Shown: in pieces, positions 1 through 18,000 of the stretch
Numbering within the stretch: the stretch's first letter is position 1
Layout: the number at the start of each line of letters is the position of its first letter
Assembly: GCA_964016885.1 (NCBI GenBank)
Contig: OZ024745.1
Coordinates: 1,054,001-1,118,000 of the forward strand
From: Eledone cirrhosa
Lineage: Eukaryota
DNA: 64,000 nt
Reading direction: 5' to 3'
Translations under genes and position numbers: made by a program
Notes under the pieces: model-generated
Seen by the model: only the letters and a program-made list of their open reading frames with translations
The model's database searches: none
What the model was told of the DNA's origin: nothing

Positions 1-3000
1 TTATGACATACAGGGATACAGTGTACCTATTGTAAACTAGATATATATGGTATTACAACATACAGTGTACCTATTCTAAACTAGATATATATTGTCTTAC
101 AACATACAGGGATACAGTGTACCTATTCTAAACTAGATATACATAGTATTACAACATACAGGAATACAGTGTACCTATTCTAAACCAGATATAAATGGTA
201 TTACAACGTACAGGGATACAGTGTACCTATTCTAAACTAGATATACATGGTATTATGACATACAGGGATACAGTGTACCTATTCTAAACTAGATATACAT
301 AGTATTACAACATACAGAGATACAGTGTACCTATTCTAAACTAGATATATATGGTCTTACAACATACTGGGATACATTGTACCTATTCTAAACTAGATAT
401 ACATGGTATTACAACATACAGGGATACAGTGTACCTATTCTAAACTTGATATATATGGTCTTATGACATACAGGGGTACAGTGTACCTATTCTAAACTAG
501 ATATATATTGTCTTACAACATACAGGGATACAGTGTACCTATTCTAAACTAGATATACATGGTATTACAACATACAGGGACACAGTGTACCTATTCTAAA
601 CTAGATATACATGGTATTACAACATACAGGGATACAGTGTACCTATTCTAAACTAGATATACATGATATTACAACATACAGGGATACAGTGTACCTATTC
701 TAAACTAGATATACATAGTATTACAACATACAGAGATACAGTGTACCTATTCTAAACTAGATATACATGGTATTACAACATACAGGGATACAGTGTACCT
801 ATTCTAAACTAGATATATATTGTCTTACAACATACAGGGATACAGTGTACCTATTCTAAACTAGATATACATGGTATTACAACATACAGGGATACAGTGT
901 ACCTATGCTAAACTAGATATATATGGTATTATGACATACAGGGATACAGTGTACCTATTGTAAACTAGATATATATGGTATTACAACATACAGTGTACCT
1001 ATTCTAAACCAGATATACATGGTCTTACAACATACAGGTATACAGTGTACCTATTCTAAACTAGATATACATGGTATTATGACATACACGGATACAGTGT
1101 ACCTATTCTAAACTAGATATACATAGTATTACAACATACAGAGATACAGTGTACCTGTTCTAAACTAGATATATATGGTCTTACAACATACAGGGATACA
1201 GCATACCTATTCTAAACTAGATATACATGGTATTACAAAATACAGGGATACAGTGTTCCTATTCTAAACTAGATATACATGGTATTACAACACACAGGGA
1301 TACAGTGTACCTATTCTAAACTAGATATACATGGTCTTACAACATACAGGGATACAGTGTACCTATTCTAAACCAGATATATATGGTATTACAACACACA
1401 GGGATACAGTGTTCCTATTCTAAACTAGATATACATGGTATTACAACACACAGGGATACAGTGTACCTATTCTAAACTAGATATACATGGTCTTACAACA
1501 TACAGGGATACAGTGTACCTATTCTAAACTAGATATATATTGTCTTACAACATACAGGGATACATTGTACCTATTCTAAACTAGATATACATGGTATTAC
1601 AACATACAGGGATACAGTGTACCTATTCTAAACTAGATATACATGGTATTACAACATACAGGGGTACAGTGTACCTATTCTAAACTAGATATACATGATA
1701 TTACAACATACAGGGATACAGTGTACCTATTCTAAACTAGATATACATAGTATTACAACATACAGAGATACAGTGTACCTATTCTAAACTAGATATACAT
1801 GGTATTACAACATACAGGGATACAGTGTACCTATTCTAAACTAGATATATATTGTCTTACAACATACAGGAATAAAGTATACCTATTCTAAACTAGATAT
1901 AGATGGTATTACAACATACAGAGATAGAGTGTACCTATTCTAAACTAGATATATATTGTCTTACAACATACAGGGATAAAGTGTACCTATTCTCAACTAG
2001 ATATATATGGTATTACAACATGCAGGGATACAGTGTACCTATTCTAAACTAGATATACATGGTATTATGACATACAGGGATACAGTGTACCTATTCTAAA
2101 CTAGATATACATAGTATTACAACATACAGAGATACAGTGTACCTATTCTAAACTCGATATACATGCTATTACAACATACAGGGATACAGTGTACCTATTC
2201 TAAACTAGATATACATGGTATTACAAGATACAGGGATACATTGTACCTATTCTAAACTAGATATATATGGTATTACAACATACAGGGATACAGTGTACCT
2301 ATTCTAAACTAGATATACATGGTATTACAACATACAGGGATAGAGTGTACCTATTCTAAACTAGATATATATGCTATTAGAACATACAGGGATACAGTGT
2401 ACCTATTCTAAACTAGACATACATGGTATTATGACATACAGGGATACAGTGTACCTATTCTAAACTAGATATACATAGTATTACAACATACAGGGATACA
2501 GTGTACCTATTCTAAACTAGATATACATGGTATTATAACATACAGAGATACAGTGTACCTATTGTAAACTAGATATACATGGTATTACAACATACAGGGA
2601 TACAGTGTACCTATTCTAAACTAGATATATATTGTCTTACAACATACAGGGATACAGTGTACCTATTCTAAACTAGATATACATGGTATTACAACATACA
2701 GGGATACAGTGTACCTATTCTAAACTAGATATATATGGTATTATGACATACAGGGATACAGTGTACCTATTGTAAACTAGATATATATGGTATTACAACA
2801 TACAGTGTACCTATTGTAAACTAGATATACATGGTATTACAACATACAGGGATACAGTGTACCTATTCTAAACTAGATATATATGGTATTATGACATACA
2901 GGGATACAGTGTACCTATTGTAAACTAGATATATATGGTATTACAACATACAGTGTACCTATTCTAAACTAGATATATATTGTCTTACAACATACAGGGA

Positions 3001-6000
3001 TACAGTGTACCTATTCTAAACTAGATATACATAGTATTACAACATACAGGAATACAGTGTACCTATTCTAAACCAGATATAAATGGTATTACAACGTACA
3101 GGGATACAGTGTACCTATTCTAAACTAGATATACATGGTATTATGACATACAGGGATACAGTGTACCTATTCTAAACTAGATATACATAGTATTACAACA
3201 TACAGAGATACAGTGTACCTATTCTAAACTAGATATATATGGTCTTACAACATACTGGGATACATTGTACCTATTCTAAACTAGATATACATGGTATTAC
3301 AACATACAGGGATACAGTGTACCTATTCTAAACTTGATATATATGGTCTTATGACATACAGGGGTACAGTGTACCTATTCTAAACTAGATATATATTGTC
3401 TTACAACATACAGGGATACAGTGTACCTATTCTAAACTAGATATACATGGTATTACAACATACAGGGACACAGTGTACCTATTCTAAACTAGATATACAT
3501 GGTATTACAACATACAGGGATACAGTGTACCTATTCTAAACTAGATATACATGATATTACAACATACAGGGATACAGTGTACCTATTCTAAACTAGATAT
3601 ACATAGTATTACAACATACAGAGATACAGTGTACCTATTCTAAACTAGATATACATGGTATTACAACATACAGGGATACAGTGTACCTATTCTAAACTAG
3701 ATATATATTGTCTTACAACATACAGGGATACAGTGTACCTATTCTAAACTAGATATACATGGTATTACAACATACAGGGATACAGTGTACCTATTCTAAA
3801 CTAGATATATATGGTATTATGACATACAGGGATACAGTGTACCTATTGTAAACTAGATATATATGGTATTACAACATACAGTGTACCTATTCTAAACCAG
3901 ATATACATGGTCTTACAACATACAGGTATACAGTGTACCTATTCTAAACTAGATATACATGGTATTATGACATACACGGATACAGTGTACCTATTCTAAA
4001 CTAGATATACATAGTATTACAACATACAGAGATACAGTGTACCTGTTCTAAACTAGATATATATGGTCTTACAACATACAGGGATACAGCATACCTATTC
4101 TAAACTAGATATACATGGTATTACAAAATACAGGGATACAGTGTTCCTATTCTAAACTAGATATACATGGTATTACAACACACAGGGATACAGTGTACCT
4201 ATTCTAAACTAGATATACATGGTCTTACAACATACAGGGATACAGTGTACCTATTCTAAACCAGATATATATGGTATTACAACACACAGGGATACAGTGT
4301 ACCAATTCTAAACTAGATATACATAGTATTACAACATACAGAGATACAGTGTATCTATTCTAAACTACATATACATGGTATTACAACATACAGGGATACA
4401 GTGTACCTATTCTAAATCAGATATACGTGGTATTACAACATACAGGGATACAGTGTACCTATTGTAAACTAGATATACATGTTATTATGACATACAGGGA
4501 TACAGTGTACCTATTCTAAACTAGATATACATGGTATTACAACATACAGAGATACAGTGTACCTATTCTAAACTAGATATACATGGTATTACAACATACA
4601 GGGATACAGTGTAACTATTCTAAACTAGATATACATGGTATAACAACATACAGGGATACAGTGTACCTATTCTAAACTAGATATACATGGTATTATAACA
4701 TACAGGGATAGAGTGTACCTATTCTAAACTAGATATACATGGTATTACAACATACAGGGATACAGTGTACCTATTCTAAACTAGATATACATGATATTAC
4801 AACATACAGGGATACAGTGTACCTATTCTAAACTAGATATATATGGTATTACAACATACAGGGATAGAGTGTACCTATTCTAAACTAGATATACATGGTA
4901 TTACAACATACAGGGATAGAGTGTACCTATTCTAAACTAGATATATATCGTCTTACAACATACAGGGATACAGTGTACCTATTCTAAACTAGATATACAT
5001 GGTATTATGACATACAGGGATACAGTGTACCTATTCTAAACTAGATATACATAGTATTACAACATACAGGGATACAGTGTACCTATTCTAAACCAGATAT
5101 ACATGGTATTACAACATACAGGGATACAGTGTACCTATTCTAAACTAGATATATATGGTCTTACAACACACAGGGATACAGTGTACCTATTCTAAACTAG
5201 ATATACATGGTATTACAACACACAGGGATACAGTGTACCTATTCTAAACTAGATATACATGGTATTACAACATACAGGGATACAGTGTACCTATTGTAAA
5301 CTAGATATACATGGTATTATGACATACAGGGACAGTGTACCTATTCTAAATCAGATATACGTGGTATTACAACATACAGGGATTCAGTGTACCTATTGTA
5401 AACTAGATATACATGTTATTATGACATACAGGGATACAGTGTAACTATTCTAAACTAGATATACATGGTATTACAACATACAGGGACACAGTGTACCTAT
5501 TCTAAACTAGATATACATGGTATTACAACATACAGGGATACAGTGTACCTATTCTAAACTAGATATACATGATATTACAACATACAGGGATACAGTGTAC
5601 CTATTCTAAACTAGATATACATAGTATTACAACATACAGAGATACAGTGTACCTATTCTAAACTAGATATACATGGTATTACAACATACAGGGATACAGT
5701 GTACCTATTCTAAACTAGATATATATTGTCTTACAACATACAGGGATACAGTGTACCTATTCTAAACTAGATATACATGGTATTACAACATACAGGGATA
5801 CAGTGTACCTATGCTAAACTAGATATATATGGTATTATGACATACAGGGATACAGTGTACCTATTGTAAACTAGATATATATTGTCTTACAACATACAGG
5901 GATAAAGTGTACCTATTCTAAACTAGATATAGATGGTATTACAACATACAGAGATAGAGTGTACCTATTCTAAACTAGATATATATTGTCTTACAACATA

Positions 6001-9000
6001 CAGGGATAAAGTGTACCTATTCTCAACTAGATATATATGGTATTACAACATGCAGGGATACAGTGTACCTATTCTAAACTAGATATACATGGTATTATGA
6101 CATACAGGGATACAGTGTACCTATTCTAAACTAGATATACATAGTATTACAACATACAGAGATACAGTGTACCTATTCTAAACTAGATATACATGGTATT
6201 ACAACATACAGGGATACAGTGTACCTATTCTAAACTAGATATATATTGTCTTACAACATACAGGGATAAAGTGTACCTATTCTAAACTAGATATAGATGG
6301 TATTACAACATACAGAGATAGAATGTACCTATTCTAAACTAGATATATATTGTCTTACAACATACAGGGATAAAGTGTACCTATTCTCAACTAGATATAT
6401 ATGGTATTACAACATGCAGGGATACAGTGTACCTATTCTAAACTAGATATACATGGTATTATGACATACAGGGATACAGTGTACCTATTCTAAACTAGAT
6501 ATACATAGTATTACAACATACAGAGATACAGTGTACCTATTCTAAACTCGATATACATGCTATTACAACATACAGGGATACAGTGTACCTATTCTAAACT
6601 AGATATACATGGTATTACAACATACAGGGATACATTGTACCTATTCTAAACTAGATATATATGGTATTACAACATACAGGGATACAGTGTACCTATTCTA
6701 AACTAGATATACATGGTATTACAACATACAGGGATAGAGTGTACATATTCTAAACTAGATATATATGCTATTAGAACATACAGGGATACAGTGTACCTAT
6801 TCTCAACTAGACATATATGGTATTACAACATACAGGGATACAGTGTACCTATTCTAAACTAGACATACATGGTATTATGACATACAGGGATACAGTGTAC
6901 CTATTCTAAACAAGATATACATAGTATTACAACATACAGGGATACAGTGTACCTATTCTAAACTAGATATACATGGTATTATAACATACAGAGATACAGT
7001 GTACCTATTGTAAACTAGATATACATGGTATTACAACATACAGGGATACAGTGTACCTATTCTAAACTAGATATATATTGTCTTACAACATACAGGGATA
7101 CAGTGTACCTATTCTAAACTAGATATACATGGTATTACAACATACAGGGATACAGTGTACCTATTCTAAACTAGATATATATGGTATTATGACATACAGG
7201 GATACAGTGTACCTATTGTAAACTAGATATATATGGTATTACAACATACAGTGTACCTATTGTAAACTAGATATACATGGTATTACAACATACAGGGATA
7301 CAGTGTACCTATTCTAAACTAGATATATATGGTATTATGACATACAGGGATACAGTGTACCTATTGTAAACTAGATATATATGGTATTACAACATACAGT
7401 GTACCTATTCTAAACTAGATATATATTGTCTTACAACATACAGGGATACAGTGTACCTATTCTAAACTAGATATACATAGTATTACAACATACAGGAATA
7501 CAGTGTACCTATTCTAAACCAGATATAAATGGTATTACAACGTACAGGGATACAGTGTACCTATTCTAAACTAGATATACATGGTATTATGACATACAGG
7601 GATACAGTGTACCTATTCTAAACTAGATATACATAGTATTACAACATACAGAGATACAGTGTACCTATTCTAAACTAGATATATATGGTCTTACAACATA
7701 CTGGGATACATTGTACCTATTCTAAACTAGATATACATGGTATTACAACATACAGGGATACAGTGTACCTATTCTAAACTTGATATATATGGTCTTATGA
7801 CATACAGGGGTACAGTGTACCTATTCTAAACTAGATATATATTGTCTTACAACATACAGGGATACAGTGTACCTATTCTAAACTAGATATACATGGTATT
7901 ACAACATACAGGGACACAGTGTACCTATTCTAAACTAGATATACATGGTATTACAACATACAGGGATACAGTGTACCTATTCTAAACTAGATATACATGA
8001 TATTACAACATACAGGGATACAGTGTACCTATTCTAAACTAGATATACATAGTATTACAACATACAGAGATACAGTGTACCTATTCTAAACTAGATATAC
8101 ATGGTATTACAACATACAGGGATACAGTGTACCTATTCTAAACTAGATATATATTGTCTTACAACATACAGGGATACAGTGTACCTATTCTAAACTAGAT
8201 ATACATGGTATTACAACATACAGGGATACAGTGTACCTATTCTAAACTAGATATATATGGTATTATGACATACAGGGATACAGTGTACCTATTGTAAACT
8301 AGATATATATGGTATTACAACATACAGTGTACCTATTCTAAACCAGATATAAATGGTCTTACAACATACAGGTATACAGTGTACCTATTCTAAACTAGAT
8401 ATACATGGTATTATGACATACACGGATACAGTGTACCTATTCTAAACTAGATATACATAGTATTACAACATACAGAGATACAGTGTACCTGTTCTAAACT
8501 AGATATATATGGTCTTACAACATACAGGGATACAGCATACCTATTCTAAACTAGATATACATGGTATTACAAAATACAGGGATACAGTGTTCCTATTCTA
8601 AACTAGATATACATGGTATTACAACACACAGGGATACAGTGTACCTATTCTAAACTAGATATACATGGTCTTACAACATACAGGGATACAGTGTACCTAT
8701 TCTAAACCAGATATATATGGTATTACAACACACAGGGATACAGTGTACCAATTCTAAACTAGACATACATAGTATTACAACATACAGAGATACAGTGTAT
8801 CTATTCTAAACTACATATACATGGTATTACAACATACAGGGATACAGTGTACCTATTCTAAATCAGATATACGTGGTATTACAACATACAGGGATACAGT
8901 GTACCTATTGTAAACTAGATATACATGTTATTATGACATACAGGGATACAGTGTACCTATTCTAAACTAGATATACATGGTATTACAACATACAGAGATA

Positions 9001-12000
9001 CAGTGTACCTATTCTAAACTAGATATACATGGTATTACAACATACAGGGATACAGTGTAACTATTCTAAACTAGATATACATGGTATAACAACATACAGG
9101 GATACAGTGTACCTATTCTAAACTAGATATACATGGTATTATAACATACAGGGATACAGTGTACCTATTCTAAACTAGATATACATGGTATTACAACATA
9201 CAGGGATACAGTGTACCTATTCTAAACTAGATATACATGATATTACAACATACAGGGATACAGTGTACCTATTCTAAACTAGATATATATGGTATTACAA
9301 CATACAGGGATAGAGTGTACCTATTCTAAACTAGATATACATGGTATTACAACATACAGGGATAGAGTGTACCTATTCTAAACTAGATATATATCGTCTT
9401 ACAACATACAGGGATACAGTGTACCTATTCTAAACTAGATATACGTGGTATTATGACATACAGGGATACAGTGTACCTATTCTAAACTAGATATACATAG
9501 TATTACAACATACAGGGATACAGTGTACCTATTCTAAACCAGATATACATGGTATTACAACATACAGGGATACAGTGTACCTATTCTAAACTAGATATAT
9601 ATGGTCTTACAACACACAGGGATACAGTGTACCTATTCTAAACTAGATATACATGGTATTACAACACACAGGGATACAGTGTACCTATTCTAAACTAGAT
9701 ATACATGGTATTACAACATACAGGGATACAGTGTACCTATTGTAAACTAGATATACATGGTATTATGACATACAGGGACAGTGTACCTATTCTAAATCAG
9801 ATATACGTGGTATTACAACATACAGGGATTCAGTGTACCTATTGTAAACTAGATATACATGTTATTATGACATACAGGGATACAGTGTAAATATTCTAAA
9901 CTAGATATATATGGTATTATGACATACAGGGATACAGTGTACCTATTCTAAACTAGATATATAAGGTATTACAACATACAGTGTACCTATTGTAAACTAG
10001 ATATACATGGTATTACAACATACAGGGATACAGTGTACCTATTCTAAACTTGATATATATGGTCTTATGACATACAGGGGTACAGTGTACCTATTCAAAA
10101 CTAGATATATATCGTCTTACAATATACAGGGATACAGTGTACCTATTCTAAACTAGATATACATGGTATTACAACATACAGGGATACAGTGTACCTATTC
10201 TAAACTAGATATACATGGTATTACAACATACAGGGATAGCGTGTACCTATTCTAAACTAGATATATATGGTATTACAACATACAGGGATACAGTGTACCT
10301 ATTCCCAACTAGATATATATGGTATTACAACATGCAGGGATACAGTGTACCTATTCTAAACCAGATATATATGGTATTATGACATACAGGGATACAGTGT
10401 ACCTATTCTAAACTAGATATATATGGTATTACAACATACAGTGTACCTATTGTAAACTAGATATACATGGTATTACAACATACAGAGATACAGTGTACCT
10501 ATTCTAAACTTGATATATATGGTCTTATGACATACAGGGGTACAGTGTACCTATTCTAAACTAGATATATATTGTCTTACAACATACAGGGATACAGTGT
10601 ACCTATTCTAAACTAGATATACATGGTATTACAACATACAGGGATACAGTGTACCTATTCTAAACTAGATATACATGGTATTACAACATACAGGGATACA
10701 GTGAACCTATTCTAAACTAGATATACATAATATTACAACATACAGGGATACAGTGTACCTATTCTAAACTAGATATATATGGTATAACAACATACAGGGA
10801 TAGAGTGTACCTATTCTAAACTAGATATACATGGTATTAAAACATACAGGGATAGGGTGTACCTATTCTAAACTAGATATATATGGTATTACAACATACA
10901 GGGATACCGTGTACCTATTCTCAGCTAGATATATATGGTATTACAACATGCAGGGATACAGTGTACCTATTCTAAACTAGATATACATGGTATTATGACA
11001 TACAGGGATACAGTGTACCTATTCTAAACTAGATATACATAGTATTACAACATACAGAGATACAGTGTACCTATTCTAAACTAGATATATATTGTCTTAC
11101 AACATACAGGGATACAGTGTACCTATTCTAAACTAGATATACATGGTATTACAACATACAGGGATACAGTGTACCTATTCTAAACTAGATATATATGGTA
11201 TTATGACATACAGGGATACAGTGTACCTATTGTAAACTAGATATATATGGTATTACAACATACAGTGTACCTATTATAAACTAGATATACATGGTATTAC
11301 AACATACAGGGATACAGTGTACCTATTCTAAACTAGATATACATGGTATTACAACATACAGGGATACAGTGTACCTATTCTAAACTTGATATATATGGTC
11401 TTATGACATACAGGGATACAGTGTACCTATTCTAAACTAGATATACATAGTATTACAACATACAGGGATACAGTGTACCTATTCTAAACCAGATATACAT
11501 GGTATTACAACATACAGGGATACAGTGTACCTATTCTAAACTAGATATATATGGTCTTACAACATACAGGGATACAGTGTACCTATTCTAAACTAGATAT
11601 ACATGGTATTATGACATACAGGGATACAGTGTACCTATTCTAAACTAGATATACATAGTATTACAACATACAGAGATACAGTGTACCTATTCTAAACTAG
11701 ATATATATGGTCTTACAACATACAGGGATACAGTGTACCTATTCTAAACTAGATATACATGGTATTACAACATACAGAGATACAGTGTACCTATTCTAAA
11801 CTAGATATACATAGTATTACAACATACAGAGATACAGTGTACCTATTCTAATCTAAATATACATGGTATTACAACATACAGGGATACAGTGTACCTATTC
11901 TAAACTAGATATACATGGTATTACAACATACAGGGATACAGTGTACCTATTCTAAACTAGATATACATGGTATTACAACACACAGGGATACAGTGTACCT

Positions 12001-15000
12001 ATTCTAAACTAGATATACATGGTATTACAACATACAGGGATACAGTGTACCTATTGTAAACTAGATATACATGGTATTATGACATACAGGGACAGTGTAC
12101 CTATTCTAAATCAGATATACGTGGTATTACAACATACAGGGATTCAGTGTACCTATTGTAAACTAGATATACATGTTATTATGACATACAGGGATACAGT
12201 GTACCTATTCTAAACTAGAAATACATGGTATAACAACATACAGGGATACAGTGTACCTATTCTAAACTAGATATACATGGTATTACAACATACAGGGATA
12301 CAGTGTACCTATTCTAAACTAGATATACATGGTATTACAACACACAGGGATACAGTGTACCTATTCTAAACTAGATATACATGGTATTACAACATACAGG
12401 GATACAGTGTACCTATTCTAAATTAGATATACATAGTATTACAACATACAGGGATACAGTGTACCTATTCTAAACTAGATATACATGGTATTACAACATA
12501 CAGGGATACAGTGTACCTATTCTAAACTAGATATACATGGTATTACAACATACAGGGATAGAGTGTACCTATTCTAAACTAGATATACATGGTATTACAA
12601 CATACAGGGATACAGTGTACCTAGTCTAAACTAGATATACATGATATTACAACATACAGGGATACAGTGTACCTATTCTAAACTAGATATATATGGTATT
12701 ACAACATACAGGGATAGAGTGTACCTATTCTAAACTAGATATACATGGTATTACAACATACAGGGATAGAGTGTACCTATTCTAAACTAGATATATATGG
12801 TATTACAACATACAGGGATACAGTGTACCTATTCTCAACTAGATATATATGGTATTACAACATACAGGGATACTTTGTACCAATTCTAAACTAGATATAT
12901 ATGGTATTACAACATACAGGGATACAGTGTACCTATTCTAAACTAGATATACATGGTATTACAACATACAGGGATAGAGTGTACCTATTCTAAACTAGAT
13001 ATATATGGTATTAGAACATACAGGGATACAGTGTACCTATTCTCAACTAGACATATATGGTATTATGACATACAGGGATACAGTGTACCTATTCTAAACT
13101 AGATATACATAGTATTACAACATACAGGGATACAGTGTACCTATTCTAAACTAGACAAACATGGTATTATGACATACAGGGATACAGTGTACCTATTCTA
13201 AACTAGATATACATAGTATTACAACATACAGGGATACAGTGTACCTATTCTAAACTAGATATACATGGTATTACAACATACAGACATACAGTGTACCTAT
13301 TGTAAACTAGATATACATGGTATTACAACATACAGGGATACAGTGTACCTATTCTAAACTTGATATATATGGTATTAGAACATACAGGGATACAGTGTAC
13401 CTATTCTCAACTAGACATATATGGTATTATGACATACAGGGATACAGTGTACCTATTCTAAACTAGATATACATAGTATTACAACATACAGGGATACAGT
13501 GTACCTATTCTAAACTAGATATATATGGTATTACAACATACAGTGTACCTATTGTAAACTAGATATACATGGTATTACAACATACAGGGATACAGTGTAC
13601 CTATTCTAAACTTGATATATATGGTCTTATGACATACAGGGGTACAGTGTACCTATTCAAAACTAGATATATATCGTCTTACAATATACAGGGATACAGT
13701 GTACCTATTCTAAACTAGATATACATGGTATTACAACATACAGGGATACAGTGTACCTATTCTAAACTAGATATACATGGTATTACAACATACAGGGATA
13801 CAGTGTACCTATCCTAAACTAGATACATATGGTATTATGACATACAGGGATACGGTGTACCTATTCTAACCTAGATATACATGGTATTATGACATACAGG
13901 GATACAGTGTACCTATTCTAAACTAGATATACATAGTATTACAACATACAGAGATACAGTGTACCTATTCTAAACTAGATATATATGGTATTACAACATA
14001 CAGGGATACAGTGTACCTATTCTAAACTTGATATATATGGTCTTATGACATACAGGGGTACAGTGTACCTATTCTAAACTAGATATATATTGTCTTACAA
14101 CATACAGGGATACATTGTACCTATTCTAAACTAGATATACATGGTATTACAACATACAGGGATACAGTGTACCTATTCTAAACTAGATATACATGGTATT
14201 ACAACATACAGGGATACAGTGTACCTATTCTAAACTAGATATACATGATATTACAACATACAGGGATACAGTGTACCTATTCTAAACTAGATATACATAG
14301 TATTACAACATACAGAGATACAGTGTACCTATTCTAAACTAGATATACATGGTATTACAACATACAGGGATACAGTGTACCTATTCTAAACTAGATATAT
14401 ATTGTCTTACAACATACAGGGATAAAGTGTACCTATTCTAAACTAGATATAGATGGTATTACAACATACAGAGATAGAGTGTACCTATTCTAAACTAGAT
14501 ATATATGGTATTACAACATACAGGGATACAGTGTACCTATTCTCAACTAGATATATATGGTATTACAACATGCAGGGATACAGTGTACCTATTCTAAACT
14601 AGATATACATGGTATTATGACATACAGGGATACAGTGTACCTATTCTAAACTAGATATACATAGTATTACAACATACAGAGATACAGTGTACCTATTCTA
14701 AACTCGATATACATGCTATTACAACATACAGGGATACAGTGTACCTATTCTAAACTAGATATACATGGTATTACAACATACAGGGATACATTGTACCTAT
14801 TCTAAACTAGATATATATGGTATTACAACATACAGGGATACAGTGTACCTATTCTAAACTAGATATACATGGTATTACAACATACAGGGATAGAGTGTAC
14901 CTATTCTAAACTAGATATATATGCTATTAGAACATACAGGGATACAGTGTACCTATTCTAAACTAGATATACATAGTATTACAACATACAGGGATACAGT

Positions 15001-18000
15001 GTACCTATTCTAAACTAGATATACATGGTATTATAACATACAGAGATACAGTGTACCTATTGTAAACTAGATATACATGGTATTACAACATACAGGGATA
15101 CAGTGTACCTATTCTAAACTAGATATATATTGTCTTACAACATACAGGGATACAGTGTACCTATTCTAAACTAGATATACATGGTATTACAACATACAGG
15201 GATACAGTGTACCTATTCTAAACTAGATATATATGGTATTATGACATACAGGGATACAGTGTACCTATTGTAAACTAGATATATATGGTATTACAACATA
15301 CAGTGTACCTATTGTAAACTAGATATACATGGTATTACAACATACAGGGATACAGTGTACCTATTCTAAACTTGATATATATGGTCTTATGACATACAGG
15401 GGTAGGGTGTACCTATTCTAAACTAGATATATATTGTCTTACAACATACAGGGATACAGTGTACCTATTCTAAACTAGATATACATAGTATTACAACATA
15501 CAGGAATACAGTGTACCTATTCTAAACCAGATATAAATGGTATTACAACGTACAGGGATACAGTGTACCTATTCTAAACTAGATATACATGGTATTATGA
15601 CATACAGGGATACAGTGTACCTATTCTAAACTAGATATACATAGTATTACAACATACAGAGATACAGTGTACCTATTCTAAACTAGATATATATGGTCTT
15701 ACAACATACTGGGATACATTGTACCTATTCTAAACTAGATATACATGGTATTACAACATACAGGGATACAGTGTACCTATTCTAAACTTGATATATATGG
15801 TCTTATGACATACAGGGGTACAGTGTACCTATTCTAAACTAGATATCTATTGTCTTACAACATACAGGGATACAGTGTACCTATTCTAAACTAGATATAC
15901 ATGGTATTACAACATACAGGGACACAGTGTACCTATTCTAAACTAGATATACATGGTATTACAACATACAGGGATACAGTGTACCTATTCTAAACTAGAT
16001 ATACATGATATTACAACATACAGGGATACAGTGTACCTATTCTAAACTAGATATACATAGTATTACAACATACGGAGATACAGTGTACCTATTCTAAACT
16101 AGATATACATGGTATTACAACATACAGGGATACAGTGTACCTATTCTAAACTAGATATATATTGTCTTACAACATACAGGGATACAGTGTACCTATTCTA
16201 AACTAGATAGACATGGTATTACAACATACAGGGATACAGTGTACCTATTCTAAACTAGATATATATGGTATTATGACATACAGGGATACAGTGTACCTAT
16301 TGTAAACTAGATATATATGGTATTACAACATACAGTGTACCTATTCTAAACCAGATATACATGGTCTTACAACATACAGGGATACAGTGTACCTATTCTA
16401 AACTAGATATACATGGTATTATGACATACACTGATACAGTGTACCTATTCTAAACTAGATATACATAGTATTACAACATACAGAGATACAGTGTACCTAT
16501 TCTAAACTAGATATATATGGTCTTACAACATACAGGGATACAGCATACCTATTCTAAACTAGATATACATGGTATTACAAAATACAGGGATACAGTGTTC
16601 CTATTCTAAACTAGATATACATGGTATTACAACACACAGGGATACAGTGTACCTATTCTAAACTAGATATACATGGTCTTACAACATACAGGGATACAGT
16701 GTACCTATTCTAAACCAGATATATATGGTATTACAACACACAGGGATACAGTGTACCAATTCTAAACTAGATATACATAGTATTACAACATACAGAGATA
16801 CAGTGTATCTATTCTAAACTACATATACATGGTATTACAACATACAGGGATACAGTGTACCTATTCTAAATCAGATATACGTGGTATTACAACATACAGG
16901 GATACAGTGTACCTATTGTAAACTAGATATACATGTTATTATGACATACAGGGATACAGTGTACCTATTCTAAACTAGATATACATGGTATTACAACATA
17001 CAGAGATACAGTGTACCTATTCTAAACTAGATATACATGGTATTACAACATACAGGGATACAGTGTAACTATTCTAAACTAGATATACATGGTATAACAA
17101 CATACAGGGATACAGTGTACCTATTCTAAACTAGATATACATGGTATTATAACATACAGGGATAGAGTGTACCTATTCTAAACTAGATATACATGGTATT
17201 ACAACATACAGGGATACAGTGTACCTATTCTAAACTAGATATACATGATATTACAACATACAGGGATACAGTGTACCTATTCTAAACTAGATATATATGG
17301 TATTACAACATACAGGGATAGAGTGTACCTATTCTAAACTAGATATACATGGTATTACAACATACAGGGATAGAGTGTACCTATTCTAAACTAGATATAT
17401 ATGGTATTACAACATACAGGGATACAGTGTACCTATTCTCAACTAGATATATATGGTATTACAACATGCAGGGATACAGTGTACCTATTCTAAACTAGAT
17501 ATACATAGTATTACAACATACAGAGATACAGTGTACCTATTCTAAACTCGATATACATGGTATTACAACATACAGGGATACAGTGTACCTATTCTAAACT
17601 AGACATACATGGTATTATGACATACAGGGATACATTGTACCTATTCTAAACTAGATATACATAGTATTACAACATACAGGGATACAGTGTACCTATTCTA
17701 AACTCGATATACATGGTATTACAACATACAGGGATACAGTGTACCTATTCTAAACTAGACATACATGGTATTATGACATACAGGGATACATTGTACCTAT
17801 TCTAAACTAGACATACATAGTATTACAACATACAGGCATACAGTGTACCTATTCTAAACTAGATATACATGGTATTACAACATACAGAGATACAGTGTAC
17901 CTATTGTAAACTAGATATACATGGTATTACAACATACAGGGATACAGTGTGCCTATTCTAAACTTGATATATATGGTCTTATGACATACAGGGGTAGGGT